Assembly: GCA_028819545.1 (NCBI GenBank)
Contig: JAPPLG010000014.1
Coordinates: 81,501 to 145,500 of the forward strand
Direction of reading: 5' to 3'
DNA length: 64,000 nt
Source of the DNA: Bdellovibrionales bacterium
GTDB lineage: Bacteria > Bdellovibrionota > Bdellovibrionia > Bdellovibrionales > UBA1609
Part shown: one piece after another, positions 49,682 through 59,334 of the stretch
How positions within the stretch are numbered: the first letter of the stretch is position 1
How the letters are laid out: every line of letters starts with the position of its first letter
Position numbers and translations under genes: made by a program
Notes under the pieces: generated by a model
The model's input: the letters and a program-made list of their open reading frames with translations, nothing else
Told to the model about the DNA's origin: nothing
Database searches by the model: none

Positions 49682-52600
49682 TTAACTCAGAGGGGAAACT
49701 TGAAAAGATTTCTTACGCATCTTCTTCAACACGATTAAGAAAGATTTAATGGCATCCTTTTCTGTAATACAGGGAACTGCATAGTCCACACAGCTTCTTC
49801 GAATACCAAAGCTGGCCTCAATAGACCGTTGTCCTGATGTTGTATTAAATACAAAAGCCACTCTGCCGGATCGAATTCGGTCCACACAATGAGGGCGCCC
49901 TTCATGCACCTTCTTCACAGAAAGGCAGGACAGTCCATGAGATGTTAAAAAATCAGCTGTGCCTCGAGTGGCACTAATTGTATAACCTAAGTCCAACAAT
50001 TCTTTAATATCTTCCAAAAGTAAGGGCTTGTCCTTTTCTCTAAGAGATAAAAAAACCTCCCCCTCCAAAGGAAAAGTTAATTGACTGGAGACTAAAGCTT
50101 TTAACAGGGCTTCAGAATAATCAACACCCCGTCCCATAACCTCCCCTATGGATTTCATCTCCGGCCCTAAAATAGAATCCACATCGTCAAATTTTTTAAA
50201 TGGAAACACAACACCCTTAACAGAAATTTTTTGTACATCAGTCCAATCCACCACCGCAGGTTTGTCATAATCCAACATGGCCTCTACAGCTAAATCCACA
50301 ATAGGAACCCCTGTGGCTTTAGACAAAAAAGGCACACTTCGAGAACTTCTCGGATTAGCCTCCAAAATAAAAATCTCATCATTTTTAACAGCAATTTGTA
50401 AATTTAAAACACCCTTTACATTTAGTTTTTCCGCCAATACGACAGAACACTTTTCAATCTCCTGATACATTTCTTTTTTTAATCTTCTTGGAGGCAACAC
50501 TCCCATACTGTCTCCACTATGCACCCCCGCCGCTTCAATGTGCTCCAATATACCTCCTATAACATTCCAGTCTTTTCCCCGCACCATATCTACATCTACT
50601 TCTAAAAATCCTTCTAAAAACTGATCGATCAGACAAGGGTTTGATTGAGAGATAAAATACTGATAACGGTCAAAATAATTTTTCAATTCTTCTTCAGTAT
50701 GAATAATCTCCATACGCCGCCCTCCTAAAACATAGCTGGGACGACATACCAGAGGATACCCTACTCTCTCCACAATTTTTAAAGCTTCTTTTAGTGAACC
50801 GGCCCCCCCTGATTTCGGAGCTTGAAAGCCTGCATTTTTACAAAGGCGGGCAAACTGCATACGATCTTCAGCCAAGTCTATTGTTTTCATTGAAGATCCT
50901 ATGATTTTAAATCCTTCTGATAAAGCAGGTCGGGCTAACTCCAAAGCTGTCTGCCCGCCAAATTGAGAGCAAAAAAATTGCGGCTGTATGTACTTCAATA
51001 CTTCCAGTACATATTCTTCCGCCAAAGGTTCAAAATACAACTCATTTGCGGTATCATAATCAGTGGAAACCGTCTCCGGGTTGGAGTTAATCATAACTGT
51101 GTAATAGCCGCATTTTTTAAACTTTTTCACAGCACGCACACAACTATAATCAAATTCAATTCCCTGACCAATGCGGTTAGGGCCGCTTCCAAAAATCGCA
51201 ACAGTTTTATCATGAGCAATATTACGTGTTTGCCTTTGCCCCAGATAAGTTGAATAATAATAAGGTGTACTGGAGCGAAACTCTCCTGCACAAGTATCTA
51301 CAGAATAAAAAGCAGGCAAAATATTTTTCTTCCATCTTTTCTTCCTTACTTCCTGCTCTGAACAATCTAAAACATGAGCAATCCATGCATCCGGAAAACC
51401 TGCTTGTTTTGCCGTTAACAAATTGTCAAAGGTTAATTGTTTCTCCATTTCTATAAAATCAAAAATAGCTTCTAAAAACCACGGATCTATTTGAGTCAGG
51501 TTATGCACCTGCTGAACGCTCCATCCCTCTCTAAAAGACTGAAAAATATGAAAAATACGTTTGCTGTTCGGATAAGATAAATACTGTTCTGAAAAATCAA
51601 CCCGATACATAAGCTCCCGATCTTTTTCAATAGAAAACACAGATTTAATAAAAGATTCTATAAAAGTCCGACCGATGCCCATAACTTCCCCAACACTTTT
51701 CATTTGAGTTGTTAAGGAATCTTTAGCTCCTTCATATTTATTAAAATCAAAACGAGGACATTTAGTGACAATATAATCCAAAGCAGGTTCATAACAGGAA
51801 GGGGTTGTCCCTGTAATGTCATTGGGAATTTCTTCAAGGGTGTATCCCATGGCCAACAATGCCGCTATCTTTGCAATAGGAAACCCAGTGGCCTTGGAAG
51901 CTAAAGCCGAAGAGCGGCTTACACGAGGATTCATTTCAATAACCAGTCTCTCTCTGGTGACAGGATGTACGGCAAACTGAATATTTGCCCCTCCTGTTTC
52001 CACTCCAATAGATGAAATAATTTTCTTAGCTTCAGAGCGCATTTCTTGATATTCACGGTCAGATAAAGTTTGCTGAGGGGCAACAGCAATACTGTCTCCG
52101 GTATGTACGCCGCAGGGATCTACATTTTCTATAGAACACACAACAACAAATGTTCCTTTTTTATCCCGCATCACTTCCAACTCAAATTCTTTCCAGCCTA
52201 GTAAGCTTTTTTCAATCAACACTTCTGAGGTTGGACTTTCTCTTAAAGCAATTGTTAAACGTTTTTCAAATTCATCCAGCGAATGCACAACACCGCCGCC
52301 GCTTCCCCCCAATGTATAGTTCGGCCGTAAGATTAAAGGAAACTCAACATTCTGAACCCTCTCCAACCCTTCTTTATAAGAGTGCACCAGCCAGCTTTCA
52401 GGATATTTAGCTCCTATACTCTTTAAAATTTCTCTAAATTCTTCTCGGTTTTCCGCCTTGCGGATTGTTTCAGCTGAGGCCCCCAAAAGTTGAATATTAT
52501 GTTTCTTAAAAACTCCCTTGGATTCTAATTCCAAAGCCAGATTCAAAGCTGTCTGTCCTCCTAAAGTGGGAATAACAAATTGAGGTTTTTCAACAGCACA

Positions 52601-52822
52601 TATTTTTTCTACAAACTCAGCGGATAAAGGTTCGACATAAACCTTTGATGCAATTTCAACATCTGTCATGATAGTGGCTGGGTTGGAGTTTACCAAAATA
52701 ACTTCATAGCCTTTTGCCATTAAAGCTTTGCAGGCTTGAGTGCCCGAGTAATCAAACTCACACGCTTGACCTATAACAATAGGGCCGCTTCCAAAAATAA
52801 GTACTTTTTCTAAATTATTCAT
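49682..52822 (-). CDS. carB: Carbamoyl-phosphate synthase large subunit
   Basis: GSGPIVIGQACEFDYSG, NSNPATIMTD, EMNPRVSRSS, duplicated ATP-grasp, MGS domain. Confidence 0.98.
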   Translation of the reverse strand: MNNLEKVLIFGSGPIVIGQACEFDYSGTQACKALMAKGYEVILVNSNPATIMTDVEIASKVYVEPLSAEFVEKICAVEKPQFVIPTLGGQTALNLALELESKGVFKKHNIQLLGASAETIRKAENREEFREILKSIGAKYPESWLVHSYKEGLERVQNVEFPLILRPNYTLGGSGGGVVHSLDEFEKRLTIALRESPTSEVLIEKSLLGWKEFELEVMRDKKGTFVVVCSIENVDPCGVHTGDSIAVAPQQTLSDREYQEMRSEAKKIISSIGVETGGANIQFAVHPVTRERLVIEMNPRVSRSSALASKATGFPIAKIAALLAMGYTLEEIPNDITGTTPSCYEPALDYIVTKCPRFDFNKYEGAKDSLTTQMKSVGEVMGIGRTFIESFIKSVFSIEKDRELMYRVDFSEQYLSYPNSKRIFHIFQSFREGWSVQQVHNLTQIDPWFLEAIFDFIEMEKQLTFDNLLTAKQAGFPDAWIAHVLDCSEQEVRKKRWKKNILPAFYSVDTCAGEFRSSTPYYYSTYLGQRQTRNIAHDKTVAIFGSGPNRIGQGIEFDYSCVRAVKKFKKCGYYTVMINSNPETVSTDYDTANELYFEPLAEEYVLEVLKYIQPQFFCSQFGGQTALELARPALSEGFKIIGSSMKTIDLAEDRMQFARLCKNAGFQAPKSGGAGSLKEALKIVERVGYPLVCRPSYVLGGRRMEIIHTEEELKNYFDRYQYFISQSNPCLIDQFLEGFLEVDVDMVRGKDWNVIGGILEHIEAAGVHSGDSMGVLPPRRLKKEMYQEIEKCSVVLAEKLNVKGVLNLQIAVKNDEIFILEANPRSSRSVPFLSKATGVPIVDLAVEAMLDYDKPAVVDWTDVQKISVKGVVFPFKKFDDVDSILGPEMKSIGEVMGRGVDYSEALLKALVSSQLTFPLEGEVFLSLREKDKPLLLEDIKELLDLGYTISATRGTADFLTSHGLSCLSVKKVHEGRPHCVDRIRSGRVAFVFNTTSGQRSIEASFGIRRSCVDYAVPCITEKDAIKSFLIVLKKMRKKSFQVSPLS

Positions 52823-53016
52823 TAATGAGGTACATCTGCGCCAATTTCTTTAATCAATGTTCTCCAATAATCAACAAAAGCAGATGCCCCTGAACCGTCC
52901 GGAGAACTCCCTAAATCTATAACTTCTTTAAACACACTGGCTAAAGCAATAACTATAATTAATAATAAAACGTATTCAACAGCCACCTGACCTCTATTTT
53001 TTATATATTTATTCAT
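52822..53016 (-). CDS. Small pilin-like protein with class III signal peptide (Flp/TadE-like)
   Basis: NRG|QVAVEYVLLL followed by a hydrophobic helix; E5/Y6. Confidence 0.78.
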   Translation of the reverse strand: MNKYIKNRGQVAVEYVLLLIIVIALASVFKEVIDLGSSPDGSGASAFVDYWRTLIKEIGADVPH

Positions 53017-53686
53017 TCACTACACCTTTTAAACGTGAAATAGCTGAACGGTAATTATTGCTCTTAAATATATAATGCCCTGAAACTAAAATGTCAGCCT
53101 CATTCAACCACTGTAATGTTTGATTGTTGACTCCCCCGTCTATTTCAATTTTAACGGATGTTTTCCGTCTATCCAACTCCTGTCTTAAAGACTTTATTTT
53201 CAAAGCAGAAGATTCAATAAATTTTTGACCGCTAAACCCTGGCTCTACGGTCATAATAATGATAAAATCAATATGTTCCAAATAGGGAAAAACAGACTCA
53301 ACTGAAGTTTTAGGTTTTATAGCTAACCCACTAGAAATACCTAAATTTTTAATATTACTTAAAATAGAAAAGTCCTTCAGCGCCTCATAATGCACACTAA
53401 TAGAATGAGCCCCCGCCTGAGCAAAAGACTCCCATTGAACTTCCGGATTGGCCACCATCAGATGAACATCCAAAGGTAAATGAGTGATCTGAGAAAGATC
53501 TTTTACAATCCAAGGCCCAAACGTCAAATTAGGCACAAAATGACCATCCATAACATCAATATGAAGTCCATCAGCCCCAGCCTCCTCTACTTTCTTAACT
53601 TCCGTCTTTAAATTACTTAAATCACAGGATAATAAAGAAGGGTTAATAATAAAACTTTTAGTTCTTTTCTGCATTTTCTTAATCAA
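53009..53686 (-). CDS. rpe: Ribulose-phosphate 3-epimerase
   Basis: HIDVMDGHFVPNLTFG, DVHLM, MTVEPGFSGQ, IDGG. Confidence 0.97.
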   Translation of the reverse strand: MIKKMQKRTKSFIINPSLLSCDLSNLKTEVKKVEEAGADGLHIDVMDGHFVPNLTFGPWIVKDLSQITHLPLDVHLMVANPEVQWESFAQAGAHSISVHYEALKDFSILSNIKNLGISSGLAIKPKTSVESVFPYLEHIDFIIIMTVEPGFSGQKFIESSALKIKSLRQELDRRKTSVKIEIDGGVNNQTLQWLNEADILVSGHYIFKSNNYRSAISRLKGVVNE

Positions 53687-54602
53687 ATATATACCCTGTT
53701 TTTAAAGGAAAACCACGAAGAAAAGGAGCTATTTTTTGAATTTTTCTACCCTCTAACTGCACTTCTTTTAAATAAAGATGACCCTGGCCGCAAGCCACCT
53801 TTAAACCTTTTCCATTATAAAGCATAATTTTTCCACACTCCTCTTGATGAGACTCATTGTCATAGTCAGCAGACCAAATTTTTAACCTGGATCCCTGATA
53901 TAAGGTATAAACTCCATTTTTAATCACCATAGCCCTCACCTTATTAAATAAATCTCCAGAAGAATCAGACCAATTGATCTTCAATTGTGACTTTTCAATT
54001 TTTGAAGCATATGTTGCTGAAGATTCATCCTGAGAAACTGGAGAAATTGCTCCATTTAAAAATAAAGGTAAATATTTCGACATCAGTTGAAAGCTTAAAG
54101 ATTCCATTTTTTTTAATACATCCAAGGAGTTCATTTGATCAGAAATATCAAAACCCAACTGATAAATAATATCCCCGGCATCCAAACGGGGAACCATTTT
54201 CTGAAGAGTCACTCCTGTTTTTTTATCTCCTGCAAGCAAACAATGTACAATAGGAGCCGCCCCTCTCCAGCGAGGAAGTAAACTTGTATGAATATTAAAC
54301 ACGCGATTTGAAAACCAGTTTAACAAATAAGAAGGAAGGATCAGACCATAATCCACCACTACAACAGCTGATATATCCAAAGATTTAAGAGACTCTAAAG
54401 GCTTTGAATCCTTTAACGAAAGTGGAGTCCAAACAGGAATATTCATCTGCTTAGCCAATGTATAGACAGGAGAAGAGTGCAGTTTCATACCGCGCCCGGA
54501 AGTTTTTTCAGGTTTGGTCACAACTGCTTGAACTGCAAATTGAGAGTCTTCCATAAGATGATTCAAACACTTATGAGAAAATTCTGTAGTTCCAAAAAAC
54601 AA
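53679..54602 (-). CDS. fmt: Methionyl-tRNA formyltransferase (true start may be about 54623)
   Basis: FFGT, GRG, VVDYG, NIHTSLLPRWRGAAPI, LDAGDI, ATYASKI. Confidence 0.96.
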   Translation of the reverse strand: MFFGTTEFSHKCLNHLMEDSQFAVQAVVTKPEKTSGRGMKLHSSPVYTLAKQMNIPVWTPLSLKDSKPLESLKSLDISAVVVVDYGLILPSYLLNWFSNRVFNIHTSLLPRWRGAAPIVHCLLAGDKKTGVTLQKMVPRLDAGDIIYQLGFDISDQMNSLDVLKKMESLSFQLMSKYLPLFLNGAISPVSQDESSATYASKIEKSQLKINWSDSSGDLFNKVRAMVIKNGVYTLYQGSRLKIWSADYDNESHQEECGKIMLYNGKGLKVACGQGHLYLKEVQLEGRKIQKIAPFLRGFPLKTGYIFD

Positions 54603-54661
54603 AATGTTTTTTATTGATTTTACAGGAATTCCTCCGGCATCTATTTGATAAATAAATCTAA

Positions 54662-55249
54662 TTATAAAGCAGACCTTTTATCTGCTGTACTTTGATCTGG
54701 AGAAGGATACCCGTGCTTCTTAATTTTATTCCTCAAACTTTCAGCTTTAACCGGGCTCAAATGGTCAATAAATAATTTCCCATCCAAATGATCAATTTCA
54801 TGCTGAACACAAATAGCTAACAAACCATCTGTTTTAACAGTAAAAGGTTTGCCATTAATATCCAAAGCTTTAACTTCAATAATTTTTGATCTTTGAACAT
54901 CTGCATAATAGGAAGGAAAACTCAAACATCCTTCAGGAAAAATCACCTGACCCTCACGATATGTAATCTCAGGATTAAAAAAAATTAGAGGCTGTTCAAC
55001 AGCTCTTTCTAATTTATTTTCTAAGTCTTCATCATCATAACGGCTTGAAGGGCGCCCGGTATCTGCAACAAATAACCGAATAGGCTTATTCACCTGAACA
55101 GCGGCTAAACCTACTCCACTTTCCGCATACATGGTTTCCAACAAATCTTTTGCAAATTGTTGCAGTTCAGGTGTGACTTCCTGCACGATTTGACCTTTTT
55201 GCCTTAAACGAGAATCCGGAAACTTTAATATTTCAAGAGGTGTACTCAT
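54662..55249 (-). CDS. def: Peptide deformylase
   Basis: GVGLAA, EGCLS, QHEIDHL. Confidence 0.98.
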   Translation of the reverse strand: MSTPLEILKFPDSRLRQKGQIVQEVTPELQQFAKDLLETMYAESGVGLAAVQVNKPIRLFVADTGRPSSRYDDEDLENKLERAVEQPLIFFNPEITYREGQVIFPEGCLSFPSYYADVQRSKIIEVKALDINGKPFTVKTDGLLAICVQHEIDHLDGKLFIDHLSPVKAESLRNKIKKHGYPSPDQSTADKRSAL

Positions 55250-55326
55250 CTTATTTTTAAAAATACATAAAAACTTGAAAAAAGTCCACTTCTTTAGAGT
55301 AGATTTTTTTTAAAACTATCACTATA

Positions 55327-56850
55327 ATGCAAGCTATGAATGTCTTGCTTATAGATAACAATCCTCATCTTCAAAAAACGCTTCAATACTTTTTGCACCC
55401 GTACGCTCCATCCATTTATTGTATGGGTTCTCATGAGGAGCTTCCTGAAAAAATAGATATTATCTTTCTTGACTCCGAACATACAGGTAATGAGTATATT
55501 TCGCATTTAAAAAATAAAGAGGAAAAACCTCCTATTGTCCTTATTTCAAGGGATGAAAAAACTTTAACAGAATTGGCGCCCGAATACCCTGCTTCTTTAA
55601 AAAAACCAATCCAATATAGCCAACTGCAAAACATTATCCATCATCTTATTCCTGAAACTAAAAGCTTCAAAGCCAGTCCATACCTAAAATTTTATGAACC
55701 CCCTGCTGATGAACAAGAACAGCCTATAAACTTAATTGCAGAACCTAATAAAGAGCCAACTCAAAAAACAGAACAAAAACAAACTTCTGACGAACAGGAA
55801 CAACCTATTACATTAAGTGAAGAACCAATATCTACAACAGAGCCGCAAACACCCTCTGCAAATATTCCTTTAACTTCTAATAGAGATACCTCTACAGATA
55901 AAAACAATGAACCCCAATCAAAAAATATGCAGGAAACAGAAAAAGAACAACCTGCTTTCGATAAAAAACAAGCCATTGTAATTCCTGACGATATTAAGCT
56001 GGTTGATGAAACAGACTCCACATCTCTCCATAATACGAATACTTTTTTAAAAAAAGTATCTGAAAGTATAAAAAGCAAAACACAGGCATTTGAAAAACCA
56101 CATATAAACAAAAATGAAATAATAAATATAAATGCCGCAAATCAAAAAGATACTTCCCAAGAAACATCTGTAAATGTATTAGAAAAAAAAGAATCCACCA
56201 CAGGGTCTCAAGTTCTAACTTCCCCTCAAGAAGATTCGAAAACAGAAGAGGATATAAAAGAACCTACAGGATCTCAAGTTTTAAAATCTCCAGAAGAAAA
56301 CTCTGAAGCACCAACCAGCACAGAGACAGCAGTCAAAGAACCCACCGGTTCTAAAGTGTTGCAAGAAAGTGATCTGGAACAAGAAGGTTATTTGGAAGAC
56401 TTCTCGATGGATTCTGATATATCTGATATAGAAAAATCTCAATCTATCTCTCCTGTAAATAACGTCACCTCTGAAAATAACGTCATTCCTGAAAGTAACG
56501 TCATTCCTGCGAAGGCAGGAATCCAGCCAACTCCTGCATTTATAGAAAAATCTCAAACAGAAAAATGGGACACTTTAAGTGATAAAATCGTAGATATTAT
56601 AGATAAACACTTTCAAGATAAATGGGAAACATTTATCAACACCCAGCTCAAACAGAATATCAAAGAAATGATTCATAAAGAAGTGACTCAAGTCTTTAAA
56701 GAACAAATGAAAGATATTCTAACTACAGAAGGCATCCAGTCCATCAAAAAAGCTTCTGAAGAAATTTCATGGAAAGTGATACCAGAACTTTCCAGACAAA
56801 TTATACAAAAAGAAATAAAAAAACTATTAGATAAAAAATCTGTAAAATAA
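55327..56850 (+). CDS. romR: RomR-like polarity response regulator
   Basis: N-terminal receiver-like domain (LLID, IIFLD, KKP), long acidic disordered linker, C-terminal EISWKVIPELSRQIIQKEI resembling RomR-C. Confidence 0.7.
   Translation: MQAMNVLLIDNNPHLQKTLQYFLHPYAPSIYCMGSHEELPEKIDIIFLDSEHTGNEYISHLKNKEEKPPIVLISRDEKTLTELAPEYPASLKKPIQYSQLQNIIHHLIPETKSFKASPYLKFYEPPADEQEQPINLIAEPNKEPTQKTEQKQTSDEQEQPITLSEEPISTTEPQTPSANIPLTSNRDTSTDKNNEPQSKNMQETEKEQPAFDKKQAIVIPDDIKLVDETDSTSLHNTNTFLKKVSESIKSKTQAFEKPHINKNEIININAANQKDTSQETSVNVLEKKESTTGSQVLTSPQEDSKTEEDIKEPTGSQVLKSPEENSEAPTSTETAVKEPTGSKVLQESDLEQEGYLEDFSMDSDISDIEKSQSISPVNNVTSENNVIPESNVIPAKAGIQPTPAFIEKSQTEKWDTLSDKIVDIIDKHFQDKWETFINTQLKQNIKEMIHKEVTQVFKEQMKDILTTEGIQSIKKASEEISWKVIPELSRQIIQKEIKKLLDKKSVK
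56461..56526 (+). repeat. In-frame REP-like palindrome preceded by 18-bp tandem units
   Basis: aacgtcacctctgaaaat / aacgtcattcctgaaagt / aacgtcattcctgcgaaggcaggaatccag (VIPAKAGIQ). Confidence 0.85.
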
Positions 56851-56877
56851 AAAATCATTTCTCATAAAAGGCACACC

Positions 56878-57639
56878 TTGACTGCTATTCTATGGACAAA
56901 AAAATGGGCTGAAGAAACGAAAAAAGAATTCAAATTTTTTAAAACACTTAAAAGCTCTAACACGACAGCAAAAGAATTAAAAAGTACGTCTGAAATTCCT
57001 TTACTTTTAATAGCTCAAGAACAAACACACCCCTATGGTAGAAAAAAAAGAAAATGGATCCCTAGTGATTTTATGGCCACCTGGATATGGCAAAGCTCCT
57101 ATACTCCCACTGCTGTTTTTTCACCACTTCTAGGACTTGCTCTATACAATTCTTTTCAACAAATTTGGCCTTCTGATTTATGGTCTTTAAAAGCACCTAA
57201 TGATATTTATTTAGCAGACAAAAAAATAGCTGGACTGCTCTTAGAAACTCAAATACCTCTGAATCCCCGCGAAGGCGTGAATCCAGTCACCTCTGCATAT
57301 AACGTCATTCCGAACTGGACTCCTTCCTCCGCAGGAATGACGGATAATGTGCGAATTATTTTTGGATTAGGAATAAATGTATTCAAATCCCCTCCTTATG
57401 CAGAATGCATCAACAATCACTATATTGTAAACGAACTATTATGGAGAAAATTTTTGGATTTCTTTTGGCAGTCTTTAGCAAGTGTAAAAAATAAAAATAT
57501 TTCTAAAATGTCATCCGACGAATTAAAACATTTAAAACAAGCTTTGCAAAATCACTCACAATATAAAGATTTAATTCAAGTATTGGAAGATGGGTCTCTT
57601 GTTTTTAAAAATAAAACTATTCACTGGCTGGATTTATAA
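56878..57639 (+). CDS. birA: Biotin--protein ligase (BirA catalytic domain, no HTH)
   Basis: SSN, AQEQT..YGRKKRKW, KAPNDI, KIAGLLLE, GLGINV. Confidence 0.85.
   Translation: MTAILWTKKWAEETKKEFKFFKTLKSSNTTAKELKSTSEIPLLLIAQEQTHPYGRKKRKWIPSDFMATWIWQSSYTPTAVFSPLLGLALYNSFQQIWPSDLWSLKAPNDIYLADKKIAGLLLETQIPLNPREGVNPVTSAYNVIPNWTPSSAGMTDNVRIIFGLGINVFKSPPYAECINNHYIVNELLWRKFLDFFWQSLASVKNKNISKMSSDELKHLKQALQNHSQYKDLIQVLEDGSLVFKNKTIHWLDL
57256..57342 (+). repeat. In-frame degenerate REP doublet inside birA
   Basis: atccccgcgaaggcgtgaatccag ... ctggactccttcctccgcaggaatgac in inverted orientation. Confidence 0.8.
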
Positions 57640-57654
57640 AAATATGCCAAATAA

Positions 57655-58248
57655 TTAGAACACCTTGATAAGCTCTACTGTAAATATCAGAGTTGAACCT
57701 GGCGGTATACTTGAAATACCCTCACGGTTACCATAGGCTAAATGGCTTGGAATGTAAAATTCATAAGTGGCTCCCTCTTTCATCAACTGAACTCCCTCTG
57801 TCCAGCCTGGAATCACTTGATCCAAAGGAAACTTGGCCGTTTCATTTCTCTTATAAGAACTGTCAAACTCTGTTCCGTCAATAAGAGTGCCTTTATAATG
57901 CACTTCCACCATAGATTGAGGCCCTGGTGATTTACCGGCGCCTTCTTTTATAACTTTATACTGAAGGCCTGAAGCAGTTGTTTTCACCCCTTCTTTATCC
58001 TTATTTTGATTCAAAAACTCCACTTGAGCAGACACTGGATTCTCCCTTACAGACTGTACCGCCTGTTCACTTTCATTATTATTTGATTCTGATGAAGAGT
58101 CACTTAATGCAGGTTCTGTTTCTGAAGAAAAACCAAACCACTTCTTAAGAGCATCACAAGAAACCAAGGTCAGACACAACATAAGACCTATGACAATTTT
58201 AGTGACCTTCACAATAAATACCTCATACACATGGATAAAATATCTCAA
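57655..58248 (-). CDS. FKBP-type peptidyl-prolyl isomerase (lipoprotein, Mip/FkpA-like)
   Basis: SGLQY, VHYKGTLIDGTEFDSS, VIPGWTEG, LAYG, TLIFTVEL; LVSC lipobox. Confidence 0.95.
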   Translation of the reverse strand: MRYFIHVYEVFIVKVTKIVIGLMLCLTLVSCDALKKWFGFSSETEPALSDSSSESNNNESEQAVQSVRENPVSAQVEFLNQNKDKEGVKTTASGLQYKVIKEGAGKSPGPQSMVEVHYKGTLIDGTEFDSSYKRNETAKFPLDQVIPGWTEGVQLMKEGATYEFYIPSHLAYGNREGISSIPPGSTLIFTVELIKVF

Positions 58249-58257
58249 TTGATTTTG

Positions 58258-59334
58258 TCAAACCTTTCTAAGATTAGAACACTGCTGAATAAAACGATCA
58301 AATAGAAATACAGAGTCTTCAGGGCCCGGATGATTTTCAGGATGAAACTGTACGGCCAGGATTTTTTTATTTTCAGAGAAAAACCCCTGAATTGTCTGAT
58401 CATTTAAATTCACATGAGTGACTTGCACATCTGAGGGTAAAGACCCTTCTACAATGACATACCCATGATTTTGACTGGTAATATAGATTTGATCATGCAG
58501 TAAATCTTTAACAGGATGATTCACTCCCCGGTGACCAAACTTTAACTTTCTGGTTTTACCCCCCAAAGCTAAAGCCAATATTTGACAGCCCATACAAATT
58601 CCAAACATAAAGTATCGTCCTATTAAACTTTTCACTGTATCCACCGCCACTTGAACATAAGCAGGATCCCCCGGCCCATTACTCAGTAAAATGCCATCAG
58701 GCTTCCAGGCCTCTATATCTTCAATTGTTGCTCTGGAAGGAAAAACTTTAACTTCAGAACATCTCTGAAATAATTCTCGTAAGATATTATTTTTACACCC
58801 AAAATCCAACACAGCCATACGAGGTCCACCAGGTATTTTCCCTTTATGCACAGTAGGTTTGGAGGTCGAAATTAAATAGGGCCAGTCTTTTTCTTTTGAT
58901 TTAGATTTTTGAATTAAAGCTTGAGCCTTCTTTTGAGCTGTATCTTCAGAATCCGCTGAAACAATAGCGCCGTAAATAGAACCATGATTTCTTAAGGTTA
59001 AAGTTAAAAGACGAGTATCCACTCCATCCAACACAGGAACCGAGTGTCGAATCAATTTATCTTTCCAGGAAACATCTCTAGGGGAATTTTGCATCTTTAA
59101 ACATATCAATCCTTCAATCCAAATATTGTCTGACTCCCAATAAGCATCACTTTCAGAATAATTACCCTGATGAGGAGCTGTCATGACAACAATTTGAGAA
59201 AAATAAGAAGGATCCGTAGCCACTTCCTCATAACCGCTATGAGCTGTGTTAAAAACCACCTCACCTGCTTTTTCCCCGCCGCCTAAGTGATGACCTGGAA
59301 AAAGCTGTCCTGTCTCTAAAACAAGAAAAGCCAC
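58258..59334 (-). CDS. carA: Carbamoyl-phosphate synthase small subunit
   Basis: GEVVFNT, TDPSY, SNGPGDP, GICMG.Q, SQNHG, QFHPE. Confidence 0.97.
   Translation of the reverse strand: MAFLVLETGQLFPGHHLGGGEKAGEVVFNTAHSGYEEVATDPSYFSQIVVMTAPHQGNYSESDAYWESDNIWIEGLICLKMQNSPRDVSWKDKLIRHSVPVLDGVDTRLLTLTLRNHGSIYGAIVSADSEDTAQKKAQALIQKSKSKEKDWPYLISTSKPTVHKGKIPGGPRMAVLDFGCKNNILRELFQRCSEVKVFPSRATIEDIEAWKPDGILLSNGPGDPAYVQVAVDTVKSLIGRYFMFGICMGCQILALALGGKTRKLKFGHRGVNHPVKDLLHDQIYITSQNHGYVIVEGSLPSDVQVTHVNLNDQTIQGFFSENKKILAVQFHPENHPGPEDSVFLFDRFIQQCSNLRKV

Noticed and set aside
56461-56526. CRISPR-like periodicity
   Set aside because: Units are adjacent 18-mers without spacers and lie in frame in a CDS
55761-56556. 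Antisense ORFs within the romR-like gene, one containing WLDSCLRRND
   Set aside because: Shadow ORFs; the peptide is the reverse reading of the REP palindrome
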